From Vicugna vicugna (lineage: Eukaryota), in contig MU057801.1 of assembly GCA_013265495.1 (NCBI GenBank), forward strand, positions 744,001 to 808,000: a DNA stretch of 64,000 bases, in the 5' to 3' direction. This document shows, piece after piece, positions 49,709 through 62,400 of this stretch. The notes beneath the pieces are model-generated. The model saw nothing but the letters and a program-made list of their open reading frames with translations. It had not been told where the DNA came from and did not search any database. Every line of letters begins with the position of its first letter. The first letter of the stretch is position 1. A program made the position numbers and the translations under genes.

Positions 49709-52539
49709 GCCATAGCAGGCGAGCTCCCTTCACAACCTGCCAGCCTGCGCCCCGTTCCTGCTTCCTCTGAGGGGCCTTAGAGGGAGCGGTGCCCCCTCGC
49801 CAAGCCTGATCTCCTGCTGCACACACACCCCACGGATCCCACTGCAGACCACAACTTTCACCATTTTATCCCCTCTCTGTTTCCTTAATTTTGCTCTTTT
49901 GTTATTTCCTTCTTCTAAATGTAAATAAACTCAAATTCCCTCAGGTCTTAACAAATATAAAAATCATACCTGCACACACACACACAGACCCCTCCATCCT
50001 TTACCTGGACTCTCCCTTTGCCTCCCTGCCACATTCACCTGTACTCTTTCCGCTGCAAGGCCTAGACATACTACTCAAGCTGGCTAGAGCGAAAACAGGA
50101 GGTTACAGGGGTGGGGATGGGCCAGACAGGGCTGAACCCCTCGGCTCACACAGGGCCCGCCGGCCCTCCTCACGCTCCATCTCTCTGCTCCGGCATCCTC
50201 TCGGTCTGTCATCCAAGAAGATGGGTGCTCTCCCTCTCCAGGCATCCACGCTTCAAATCTCAGGGAGACTGGGACTCCTGGACCCTTGGCCAAGGGCAGA
50301 CATTGGATTTGACCCCTCCTCTGCTTAAAGCTCTTCCCTGGATTCCCCACACCACAGGATAAAGGACACTGTACACTTAACCGCACAATGGCCACACCAC
50401 TACCTGTGCACAAACTCTTTTCTCTGCGGTCCCCTCACCCCCACCCACTCACCCAGGAAACTACCGTGTTCATTATCCCAAGCCCACCCCAGCCTCGGCC
50501 CCTGCAGAAAGCACTGCGGCCTCTCCCAGAGGCCTTTCTGCTGAGCCTTCTACCCCTGTGGCCACCTGAACAGTTCCATCCCACTCCACCGAGGCCCTGA
50601 CACCCTCGTGGTCAATGCAGCTGTTCACCCGTCTGTCTCTGAAGACACGGCCCTACCAAACAGACACACACACACAGGCTCAAAAGAAAATATACGTGAA
50701 ACTGAATTTTTTAAAAATCAAAAAACAACACAGTTGTTCACTATATTTATATATTAATTATTCTTAATTTTACAGTAGAGTAACATATCCCTTTGAAAAA
50801 TAATTTTAAAATTTAAACTGAAACAAACTGCTATTTTGAAAGTCAACTTTATAAACAAACAATTCCCTACAGTTTTATCTATGGTAGTTAGTTTGGAGAC
50901 CAAAGATCAGTACTCTAAACAGCCAGTATGTCCACCTGCAGATAAAGCACTTACAAACAAAATAAAAATACAAACTACAAAAGTTTGTATCAAAACATTC
51001 TGGACCTACCAATTATCTCTCTTCTCAGAATAAAAGGTCAAGGGCAATCTCCTTCACGTATCTTAAACAAAACATCTGAGCTCAATCAGACTTTGACCCG
51101 AGGTTTGGCTTTCTCACACCCCTGAGGGGCAGGGGCGGTGTATTTGTGTGACATACATGTGTCCCAAGTTCATTCTGCATTCCTGAGGTTACAGATACAA
51201 AATGTTAATAACTGATGAAAAATTAGGAAAGGGAGCATTATGGCAAAATCACTTTGCTTCAAACAAGGTCAACTGACAGAGCCCTCCTAGGACTGCCTGA
51301 AGGGCCTGGAGCTGTTCGTCCCAGCTCTGCTCCAGCTGTGCAATGTCCACGTGGCACTAAGGCCCGTGCAAATACTTCACCACCCGCGAGGACTGACAAG
51401 GGCATGGAGAGGCCAGTGAACACAAAAATGCAGAAGGAGTCTTGTATCTTCTGTCATGTTCAAATCAAATGCAGCCTCAGTTTCCCTAGAATATGGTAAA
51501 ACAGGTTGGGAAGAGAGCAGCAAAACTGCAAGCAACACTTTGGGGAGACGTGGGCTTCTGTTTATAAGCTAATGTTCATTCTGGCAGGTAAATACATTTT
51601 CTGGTGCGTAAGTAAGCTTTTGAGTCAGACAACTAGCAAGAGCACAGCGTGGGCTTTATAACCCTGCGACTCCCCGCTCTGCCACTTCCGGGCTGGGGGC
51701 TGGAGGACATGGGGTCCACCTCCACGAGCCTGTTTCCTCATCTCTAGATTGGGGGCAGGAACACTGCCTTCATCCTGGGTTGTGGGGTGATTCAGTGAGA
51801 TCACGATGACAATAAATAACCACACCACAGCTTTCTAACCTCTCATTAAGTGCCAGACTCCACGTCCAACAACCTCCCGGACATGGCACTTGGACCTCAC
51901 CTTTTTCTCAAACTCAACACATATCACAGGAAACTCATCTCCCTCTGTCGTTAGATGGGTCTCCTCCCAGCAATTCTGGCTCTATCCATGACACTCTGTT
52001 CCCCCAAACACCTAACACCAATTCTCAAATCATAACGACGTGTTGATCGCTGGCCAGACTGCAGTGGAAACGGGAGTCTCAATCGTGGCTGCCAGCGGGG
52101 CCGGTGGGAGCAACGCTCAGGAAGGTGCTGAGTCCAGGCACAGACATGCTCGGCCCCAGCAATTTGACTTCAACGGAGTCTCTTCTAAGGAAATAATGCA
52201 AAATACAGAAAAAGCTGCCTCCCAACATGCTGAGAGCAGTATTACTCACACTGGAGAAAGAAAGAAAAAGAAAAAAGGAAAGAGGGAAAAGAGAGAGAGA
52301 GGAAGAAAGGAAGGGAATGATTTAATACCCAAGAAACGGTAAGCTACATAACGGTGCAGTCTCCACAAATCTCTGTAGTCAATTTAAAAAAAAAAATAAA
52401 GGAACAAAACATGGAGATATACTAATAGCAAGTTTAAAAGGCAACATTTAAAATTGTACGTGGACTTGTCTCTACCTAAAACAACAGATGCACAACAGGA
52501 AACATATCAAAATGTTCGATTTCACTCCACCAGCATTTA

Positions 52540-53100
52540 GAGCATTTGTGAGAGATAATTCTCTTTTGTCTGACTCCAAATATTCGGTTGGAAACCTGGT
52601 GTCACTTGATTTGACTGGGCTGTGGCTCTGGATCCCAAATGTCTTATCCTTCAGATTCATCACTCCTGGCCTGGCTTCCACAAAGCTCACTCTCATTCCT
52701 CCACCTGGAGAATCACTAGTTCCTTAGTGACCGTCTGTCCACCCATCCACATCCTTCTTCCCAGCCCTGGTCCTTGGTCGGCCCCATCACTGCCAGTCTT
52801 CTCAGGGTCTTCCTGCCTTCAGGGCCACCCATCCCGTCAGCCCCAATCCGTTTTTCCTGACCCTGCTGGCAGAGGCAGTTCTCAAATCCTATCATCTGAC
52901 CTGCTAAGAATTCTCCAAGTGGGCCCTCTCACCTGCAGGATAAGATCTGAGCTTCTAACTCCGGCAAACAAGGCCCTTTCCGATCCGGCCCCAACCTGCC
53001 TCCGCTTCTACCGGTCAGGCCACTAGTCCTCACCTCCCCCATGACCCCAAGTCCAGCTCACTGTCCTGACCTCACCCCCGGCCTACACACTACTCTGGTC
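52540..53100 (+). mobile_element. Decayed L2 fragment
   Basis: ttcatcactcctggcctgg...ttctccaagtgggccctctcacctgcaggataagatctgagcttc...aaggccct pattern. Confidence 0.5.
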
Positions 53101-56100
53101 ACTAATCCGGGGCCAGGGTTCCAGCACCCCGCCGTCAGTGCCCAACGCTACCCTCTCCTCATCACCCTCTCCCTGGGCACCAGGAAGAGGCTGGCTGATT
53201 CCTCACCCAGCACATCACTGCCCTGTGTTTCCACCACCAGCTCTTCCATCCCCCTCAACTTCCCCACTGCCTGGCCCGGCTCTGCCCAGTGTGCAGCCAC
53301 AAGCCTCACGCAGCTCCGGAGTGCCTGCAGTGCTGCAGGCCTGGGCTGATGTGCTGCCAGTGGACACCCTATCCTGGTTTCAGGGACTTGGTACGGAAAA
53401 AACAATGTACAAACTTAACATTTTACTTTGCCTGCCTGTTGATACCATACACATTAGATGTGTGAGTTTAAAGAAAATATATTATCAAGGTTAATTTCAC
53501 CTATCTCTTTACTTTTTAAAATGTGACTACAAGAGATTTCACATTACTCGTGGGACTCACATTTATTTCTCCAGGGCAGAGTCAAGCTAAGCATTCTTCA
53601 GGGCCCAGCATCAGTAGAACCTCCTTCAAGATGCCCCGATCTGGTGCCGGTCCTAATGATCCTTTTGCCCCTTGAAATCCTATAATGGAGTCTACCATAT
53701 AAGCCACTATCTAATTACGTAACACACCAACGTTTAATCTCTCCTTCTTGCCAATATGAATGCCATTTCTATACCCTATTTGGGGACTCACAGTAGGCAC
53801 TCAATTTTTAATTAGACACAGAGTCTTTGCTGCGGCAAGATATCAACACACAGTATGTCTGTTACTTTAGTTTGGTTTAGTTTAGCTATTTACTTTCCCC
53901 ATGATGATTTCAACAGTGTAAAGAGAACGGGAAGTCAGGCGACCTAACGGCTCTTTGTTCTTCCTCTAATTTACACATACAGCGTTGACGACACAGCTTG
54001 CCCCCCCACCCCATAAGCCCTGCCTTGTGCCTCAGTCTCCCACCCTGTAAAATAAAGTTAATATGAGGCCAGTCGACAAGACAGAGCCAGGTCAAAGCAG
54101 CTGAGCAAGTTCTGCCTGGAGTCATTTCCATGATACTAAGAACTACTCCACTCTCCACAGCTGACTGTGTGTCTCTCAGCCAGCTGTCTTAAATACAGAC
54201 CAATTTTTATGAAGTGGGAACAAACCCATCACAATTATTAAAATAAGCAAGGACAAGGGCCTACCTATCAAAATGCTTGTCCCGTCCTGTTAATGACAGG
54301 AGACAAGTCCTGGGAGAGGAGACTGGCCAGTGCCTGCTCCACGCTGAAGCAGTTTATACATCACACTCACAATCACCTTTACGAGGCAGACGTCACCATA
54401 CGCATTTACAGAGTAAAGGATCTGAGGTTCAAAGACAGGAGGAGTAACCAGCCTACAGTCATGCAGCTGCAGGCTACAAATCCAGGTCAGTGGTATCAAC
54501 TTTGTATTTAAAAAATAACATTGTTATCACCACTCGAAAATATGTGAAAAGCCAAAGTATTATCTAAATGCACAAATTACAACAACAATGTCTATTCATT
54601 TCCTTCACATAGTTTCTTGATCTTGGCTAAATCCTACCTTTTGGATCAAAAGGCCTTTTTTTCTAAGTAGACTTTTCCTTAAAGGAGCAAATAAAGAGGG
54701 AATGCCATGTGGGGGGACTAGTACTTTCGGGGACTACTTTTCTTTAAAGACTTTAAACCAAGGCTGTAGGCGAACGTTTACAGTAAACATTATGAACTAG
54801 AACTCCTGGGCACATTTACAAAAACCTAGTCCCTACAGATAAAGATTACAGTAATAAACACAATAAATCAGGCCGTCTCACAAGCAAACGCATCAACAGG
54901 AAACAACATACGTCAGAAAATATCAAAGAACCTCTCTGTGCTGTAAAACTCAGGTCACATGGCTCAATGAAATGACAAAAGAAAGTTCCTCAAAACAAGA
55001 CACACACCTTAAAGGGAAACCACAAAGCCTTGAAAACAGGTACCTTCTCAGAATGGTAACAGGGTACTACCGCGCATCTCTAAGAAACCAAGCTGATCTG
55101 GGTTTCATTGATTCTGCCTTTACAAAATGTAGTCCGCTTAATCCTGCAGACAGAACAAAAAGTTAAGTTCTCTGCCAGAGAAGAAGTCCCACAGTATCAA
55201 ATGCTTTAAAACACTGCTCAGCTCTCCTTTATCAGAAACGTGCCTGCAGTAGGTGTTATCAGTCCTCAGTCAGCACTGAGGACTCGGCACAATGCGAGCT
55301 GTGTGCCCCTGGGATTTCAGCACAGGAAGCAGGAAGTTCAGTTTACCAGGAACTCCGCACTTCACCTTCACTAAATCTTGAAAACGAATCCTTTTAACAG
55401 TACTTAATTTACATTTCTTTCCAAACCGAACAAGACAGTGGAATCTCAAGGAATCCAAGGCTGTGAAGTGCACTTGGCAAAACTAAGTGTGTGTATTTTC
55501 CCCTTTGAGGTGCTGTGTGGAGTATGAACAGAACTCATGTACAACTGTTAATCTCATGAACAAGACCTTTATTTAAAATTCTCACGTACAAAATGAATTT
55601 TTATACCATATTTCCTCAAGGGGCAGACACATTAAGACGAGGTGCCTTCAATCGGGTGATTTTTGCTCATTTTAAGAATGAAAAAGGCATCTAGAAGAAA
55701 CAGAAGGTACCCTTTTCTCAATCCCCTAAGACACAAAGACAAATCTGTCTACAGACAGCAAAGGCGTTTGCATCCTAAAAGACAGTTAAGACTAAGGAGG
55801 TAAGAACAGAAAACAAAACACAGCACAGCAAACCTGCTACAGATGACAGGCAGCAGGTGACAGGAAGCCCTGTGGACACTTCACACCCACGGGGTGAGCT
55901 CCACCACAGGTCAAGTGCAGGCCCCCTGGGCTCTGCAGAACCCCCACCCCGCGGTGTCACAAAAACGGAAGGCGGCACACAACCATCGCTGTCATCCTGG
56001 CAGTAAAGGAGCAGCCTCCCTGAACCGGCAAAAGCCACCCCCTCCCCATCCAAGCCGACACGAGGGGCCCCTTCGCACCAAGGACACAAAGAAGCTGAGG

Positions 56101-56488
56101 CAGTGGGATGACGGATGACAGATGCATCAAATGTATCCCGGGGCCACCTGCAGTCTCCATCTGGGGACTCGGACTCAAAGGTAAAGACAGAATTAACGGG
56201 GTGGCGGGGTGTTGGGGGATGGCAGCTCAGGTGAGTCTGCGCTGGGACCACTTGGGGTCTCAGTCTGCTTAGGGTCTGGACGCAAACACCAGAACTGGGA
56301 GGGGAGATGACACCCAGCGTGCGCGCGCGAGCACCACCCGGGTCCGGCCCACCCGGCGGGAACCCGGGGTCCGTCCGCACGCCAGGGCGGCAGGACAAGC
56401 CCGGGGTCGCGGCGCCGAGGCCGCGGGAGAGGGAGAGACGCCCCGGCCCGGCCCGCAGGTGCCCACCCCGCGCCGCCGCGCGCCTCAC

Positions 56489-56594
56489 CCAGCAGCGCCC
56501 GCAGGTGCTTCAGGCGGGTCAGCACGTCCTTCTTGGGGTCCAGCACCTTCTGGGTGGACTTCTTCACATCCCCGTGGCTCCTCCGGGAGAACAT
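56489..56594 (-). CDS. RALGAPA2: Ral GTPase-activating protein catalytic subunit alpha-2, coding exon 1 (106 nt)
   Basis: Translates [35 protein letters not shown] plus 1 nt, recognised as the RALGAPA2 N-terminus. ATG at 56594 has G at -3; an in-frame TGA lies upstream at 56649-56651; donor is G|GTGAGG. Confidence 0.97.
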
Positions 56595-56881
56595 CCCGCC
56601 GGGCAGCCGGGCCCCGCCGGCGGGGCAGGAGGCGCCTGCGCGCGCGAGTCAGCGCACACGGTCGGGCCGGCGCGTGTCGCGCGGGCCGCTCGCCGCCCCC
56701 CGGCCGGCCGCCGCCGTCTCCTCAGCCAAGGCTCCAGGGACGAGGGCGGGCCGGCGCGACGGGGGGCGGTGCAGGAAGGCGGTGTCGACGCGGAACCCGC
56801 CGCCCCGCCTCGCGGGGGCGCGCCCGGGGCGCCGAGCCAGCGCCGCGAATCACAAAGACGCGCACCCCACGCACACGCTCC

Positions 56882-56905
56882 ACTACAAGTCCCGGGGTGC
56901 ACCGC
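56882..56905 (+). promoter_or_regulatory. ZNF143/THAP11 (ACTACAnnTCCC) motif
   Basis: ACTACAAGTCCCGGGGTGCACCGC matches the ACTACA-extended Staf-binding-site pattern. Confidence 0.7.
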
Positions 56906-57003
56906 GACGTGCCCTCCAATCAGGCTGGCGAGCCTGCGCGCGCGCGGAGTCAGTGGGCCGGCCCCGAGCACGTCCCCACCCCCAACTCCGCCGTGCGCCG
57001 CGA

Positions 57004-57023
57004 GTGCTTCTGGGGAATGTAGT
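57004..57023 (-). promoter_or_regulatory. Second ZNF143/THAP11-like motif, opposite orientation
   Basis: Reverse complement reads ACTACATTCCCCAGAAGCAC. Confidence 0.65.
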
Positions 57024-59059
57024 TCTCCCGGAGGCGAGGCGCTGCGACCTCACTGCCAGGGTCTCCGGCGGAAGGGCAGCGTCCGCCAGCCCCCAGCCCA
57101 GAAGGCCCGGGCGTCCGTACCTTCACTCTGGTCTGTGAGCCCACCCTCTAGTGCCAGGGGAACCACCGAAACAGCTCTGTAAGACAAGCCTGTAGGCTTT
57201 TAAGATGTAACGCATTTTAAGATTTGATTGTAGATTCCCCCAGGTGGGAGCCAGTGGAAAGCCCCTCGGCCGTACTCAAATCGGAGCTCCGATCTCACAC
57301 CGAAACGAACGGCTGTGGCGGCGGGGCAGGGCATGCCTAGGCTCCGGGTGAGCAGGCCGGCCGATCCCCGCTTTCCTGGACCCCGTCCCCACTTGGGGTG
57401 TGAGGGCCGCCCTTGGAGGCTCCTCCAGGTCTTGCGACTTACTCTGCAGAAAGCGCACGTTCGTCCTCTGGGTTGTGCAAGGCCACCTAGCAAGACAGCA
57501 GCAGAACCAGAAACAGAACCTGAAGGACCTGACTCTCAGGCCGGCATGCTTTTTAGGGCTAGGCGCCTGTAACCTGGGGCAAGACTTTGAGACGGAAGAT
57601 GGTCTGGAGATATCTTACAAGAGATCTGTAAGGTTATTTACTGGCATCTGGATCCTTTGATGGTCCAAATTTTCACAACATTTTAGCAAGCACTTAAGCT
57701 TGCTGTTTAAAATCATGTGGTTTACATCAGATTGGGACAAACAACTGTCTTCTCAGGCAGCTGAACCGTAACTTGGGGGAAGAGCCAGAGATTAACCCAG
57801 CCTTGTATCCTCATCACTGAGCACAGTTTGGCCTCAAAGCATTCAATACATTTCGTTAAATAAAAGGGGATAAGAAGCTAAAATATCCTTACATACGTAA
57901 TCTGGGCGTGCAAAAAAAAAAAATCTAGTTGTTAGAGCCTCTCTCTGTTTTTCAAGTTGTCAAATAGCATTGATAGAATTGGGATATATTCATACAAAGG
58001 AATATTACTCAGCAATAAAAAGGAGTGGGCTGCCAATAAACCCAATGATGTGGATGAATCTCAGACCCAGAGAGGGAAACCCCACACTCAGGACCTGCTA
58101 TCACTCTTTGTTACAGAAATTTAGCCTGTTTCTGGCTACAGATAGTAAGTCACAGTATTCACTGCATCATTCCTTTAGAAGAAGATATCTTTCATTACAC
58201 TGACTGAAAAAATACAATGTGCTTGTCTTGGGGAATTCAATTTTTCTATCACAAAGCAACCTGTCATCACAGTTAAATATTAGTTGAGCACCTACTGTAT
58301 GCAAGGCATAAGTCTAAACCTTGGGGATAAAAAGCTGTATAAGATATAGCCTCTTGGCCTCCAAAGCTTCCAATTTAATTGAGAGGCAGAGCAACTCAAT
58401 AAATGAAGAGATAAACAACAGTGTTCAGTGAACACATGACACTTGTTAAAACTTGCTAGTACCAGAAACAGACATCCATGCCTACAGATTCATCTCATCC
58501 GTCATATCCAGCCTTTGCTTTCTGATGAAAGTATAGAACTTCAGGTCTTCTCTAAAAAAGCAAGAAACATAAGTTATTATTTTGATGCTCTTTCACCCAC
58601 CCATATACTCCAAGTGAAGTAAAAATAAATAAAAATGGTTCTTATTTTCTGTTGCACTGTAAAATTATTCCTGCCAGACTGTGAACTCCTGGAGGACATC
58701 ACCTGTTTTGCAATTAATTCTCTATCCCTGGAAGTTCAGAGTGCCAAGGAAATCCGGAGTTTAAATCGAGAGTTGAAAACTTACAATGCAAATTTAAACT
58801 ACCCTGAGATGCCATTTGGGTTGGCAAACAAAAAACAAAAAAAAAGCAAGTGTTGACTGAACACACTCTGGCAAAGCTATAGAAAAATATAGCTGGTAGG
58901 AATGTGAAATAGTACAACTCCTATGGGGGGAACTTGGCAAAATTATGTGTTATTTGCCCAGAAATCCTACTTCTAAGTATCTACTGTGAGGATGCACCTC
59001 CACGAATATAAAATCACATGTGGAGATTTATTCCTTCCAGCATTATTTGTAACAGCCAG

Positions 59060-59453
59060 CGCAGTAGGCTGAACAGCTATATCCATGTCCTAAGCCCTGG
59101 AACCTGTGATGGTGACATCTTCTGGGAAAAAGATCTTTGCACGTGTCATCAAGGTAAAATCATCTTGGGTTATCTGGGTTGGCCGTAAATCTAATGTCTT
59201 TATAAGAGACACAAGAGGACAGGGCACACAAACAGACAAAAGCCAGGCGAAAACAGAGGCAGACACTGGAGTCACGCAGTCACCAGAAGCCTGAAGAAGC
59301 AAGGATTCTCCCCAGGGTCTTCCAGTGGGAGCCTGACCCTGAGCTTGATTTCAGACTTCTGGACTCCAGAACTGTAAGAAAAAATAAATTTCTGTTGCTT
59401 TAAGCCACCTCGTTGGTGGTAATTTGTTACAGGGGCCCCAGAAAATGAATTCA
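59060..59453 (+). mobile_element. MaLR (MLT1-type) solo LTR inserted in an ancient L1
   Basis: gacttctggactccagaactgtaagaaaaaataaatttctgttgctttaagccacc...gtaatttgttacag MLT1 3' signature. 5-bp TSD gccag at 59055-59059 and 59454-59458. Confidence 0.85.
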
Positions 59454-62400
59454 GCCAGACACTGGGGAGAGCCCAGTGTGACTGTGTAGTGGGATCTGAC
59501 TGGATACGGTGCATACACATCTAAAAGTGGCCGACTGAATCGAGTCCATCTGCATAACGCGCTGCTACACAGGACTAGGCAACCTTAAGAAACCATGAGA
59601 AGTCCTACATTCTCACTTTACTTAGTCTCTCAGATAGATTGGTAATGATAAAAGCAATGGACAGAACATAAAATACATATTTATTTGCTTGTTTTTTCAA
59701 ACAGAAACTTGGAAGGATACATTTAAAAATAACATTAATACATACCTAAGTGGGATGGAGGACAGGATGGAACAGAAAAGAGATGTCAAAAGTTCCTCTT
59801 CGAGTATATCTTTCTATAGACCCAAGCTATATGTATATATAGTTTTGACTTTTGAGCCCTTTAAAAGTTTTACATATTCAAAAATTAAAAGGAAAAACTT
59901 GATAATTGAGAATAAACAAATACACAGAATAAACAAATGATCCCAACCATGTATCTAGTTGGTAACGTAACTGTATATAGAAGGTCATTATTGCAAATGA
60001 CTGTTTAAAGACAATATTCTGATTGTATCTTCATAGATGTATATCTTCTAAGGGCAAAAAGATCTGCAAAAAAATATTAATTGCTATTAGGACTAAGATT
60101 TTCAGTGTAAGAGAAAGGATACACACAAATATCAAAATCAAAGAAATTAAGGGAAAACTTGGTAAAATTAAATTTTACCTGGAAATATCGATTTGAACTC
60201 ATGGTTTAAAAATACACGCATGGGTCCAGGCTCATTCTTTTCCACACAGGTATGCAGTGGTCCCTGGGATATTTATTAAAAGATCTTCCTGTCCACACTG
60301 GATTAGCTTAGTACCTTACCCACACGTATGTGTCTGTCTGCGTCTGGACTCCCTGTCCTGCTCCATTGATCTGCTTGTTTAACCTTAAACCACTGCCTCT
60401 CTGTCTTGACCACTAAAGCTTTATCTTAAGTCTTGATTTCAGGTAGTTTATATTCTCATTGCTCAAGATTCTTTTGCCTATTTAGGTATCTTCTGGTTCC
60501 ATAAAAACTTTAGAATCAGCTTATCTATTTATTATTTTTTTAATCTGTTGTGTTTCCTAGTTCTTCTAATCTCTGAAAGGGCTCAGAAGCAATGGCAGGC
60601 AGCGCAGTGAGCATACTCAGCACCCAGATCTTGGTTTCTAACTATCATTCCCCACCCAGAGTAATCAGGGTTCTCTGGAGAAACGGCTGATTCCATGCCT
60701 GAAGCAGGAAAATATAGAGTGAATATAAGTTTGTGCTCAAAGACCAATGGAAAGTCCCAATAACATAGGAGGCAGCTAGAAGGGGCTTCTTATGGCCAAA
60801 TGTCAGGTAATTTGATCATTAAAAGGAATAATGACTGTTATTGGTTATAACACTTTGAATAAATAAAAATTCAGGAAACCATGATATTCAAAAAGTTTTT
60901 TTTAATGTAATATGTGAGTGTTTCAAGTAGAAAACGTTCCTTGCACGTTTGATGATTTCTGGCAGACTTAAAAAATTGGGAACTTCAGGTAGCTAAGACT
61001 CTAGCTCAGTACCAAATGGGGAACCTGATGTGAACTGGTTTCAGGATCCTGAGCAGGGAGGATGCGGGACTCCAGGGGTCTCTAATTCCTCCCTTTGCCA
61101 CTTACTGGAAAAGCATCCTGTTTGCCTACTGACACCAAGTTGGATTTGGTCATTCTGGAAGACAGTGACCAAGTGGTCACGACGAAGTTCGCAAAATGAG
61201 ATGAGAGACCAAGAAGGCTCAGAACACGTAGACACACTCATCAGGTCCTGATGTCACCTGCAGAAGAATTTTCTTTCTTTCTTTTCTTTTGGAGGAGGGG
61301 GAGGGTGTATACCATTTACGTAAATTCCAACCAACAGACATTTATGGAACAACTGCTCTAGCTGACTAGCTAAACTGTGGTGACCATAGTTTGGCACTTT
61401 CCCATTCTTTTCCATTGTACCCAAAACTGGTCTTTCCAGGACCAATGTGAAACCTGCCACTCCTGTCACCACTGATGTGAAACGTTTATTGGGCAATTTT
61501 CATCATCGCCAGGCTGTGCCCAGCACGGAGCCAGGGGCAGCATTCAATCAAGACGAGCTGAGTGAATGAACTCATTCCTTCATTATTAGCCCCGCCACCG
61601 TAATTTGGGGTTGTTGTTCAGGGCGACGGTTTTGATTTAATTACAGAGTGTGCAACCATATTTTAAAACTCAACCCCTCTTTTCTCAAAAATCTTTCTAC
61701 ATGATGCCTCAGGATCCCCCATCTTCTTTTTTTCTTGAACTATAATTGACACTCTGGTGTACAACATAGTGATGCGATGCTTTTACGCATTATGAAGTGA
61801 TCACCACAGTAAGGCTAGTTACCATACAGTTATTACTGTATTAGTGGCTATATTCTCTGGGATGCATATTAATCTCATCCTCTTAAACAGATTATTCATT
61901 GTTTATGAAACCATAGTTTAGCTCCCCCCCCGACCCTGACTCCCTCCATCTTCTCCTAAAAGGGCGTTGCTACCAGCAACAAACGAGAAATGCCCCTAGG
62001 CTTTCCCTGCCTAACTTTGACCACATTTTGCCCCACAACTCAGCCATTGCCTCCAGACACGATTCGTTTTCCTTTTTAACTTCCATAGCTGGAATCATTC
62101 CAGACACTTAGACCTGCCAGCTCTGTGGTTTCCAGATACCCTACATGTTAATGTATTTTATTTCCAAATTTGTCATTCATCAGAATTTTTCATTTTGGAA
62201 GGATTTTTTTTTCCACTTTGACTAAAATATCTTGTGCCTGCACGTTAATCCTGATTGTCATGAATATTATGTTAATTTTGATATCTGGAAAAATTCAACT
62301 TTGAGCCACAGATATCCCTGTCTGGTAGGTTCATTGCGCCTGCCCTCGGGCGTAAGACGCTCTAGTCTGTCAGGCACCCCATGGGTGTCCACGTGGATGT

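Larger units (their letters stand above)
56300..57120. promoter_or_regulatory. CpG-island promoter and 5'UTR of RALGAPA2
   Basis: Very high GC and CpG density over exon 1 and upstream. GC boxes, an NRF1-like GCGCCTGCGC at 56632-56641, and CCAATCAG at 56916-56923. Confidence 0.92.

Noticed and set aside
56193..56488. Extension of the exon-1 ORF to 133 aa
   Set aside because: Read-through past the GTGAG donor into intron 1; the real frame continues in exon 2.
56604..56606. In-frame upstream CTG as an alternative start
   Set aside because: Weak context (C at -3, C at +4) and it would add only four residues; no upstream ATG seen in the 5'UTR region.
56307..57182. 291-aa plus-strand ORF and overlapping 187-aa and 201-aa ORFs
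   Set aside because: All frames are open because of extreme GC content; Ala/Arg/Pro/Gly-rich with no recognisable domain; antisense to exon 1.
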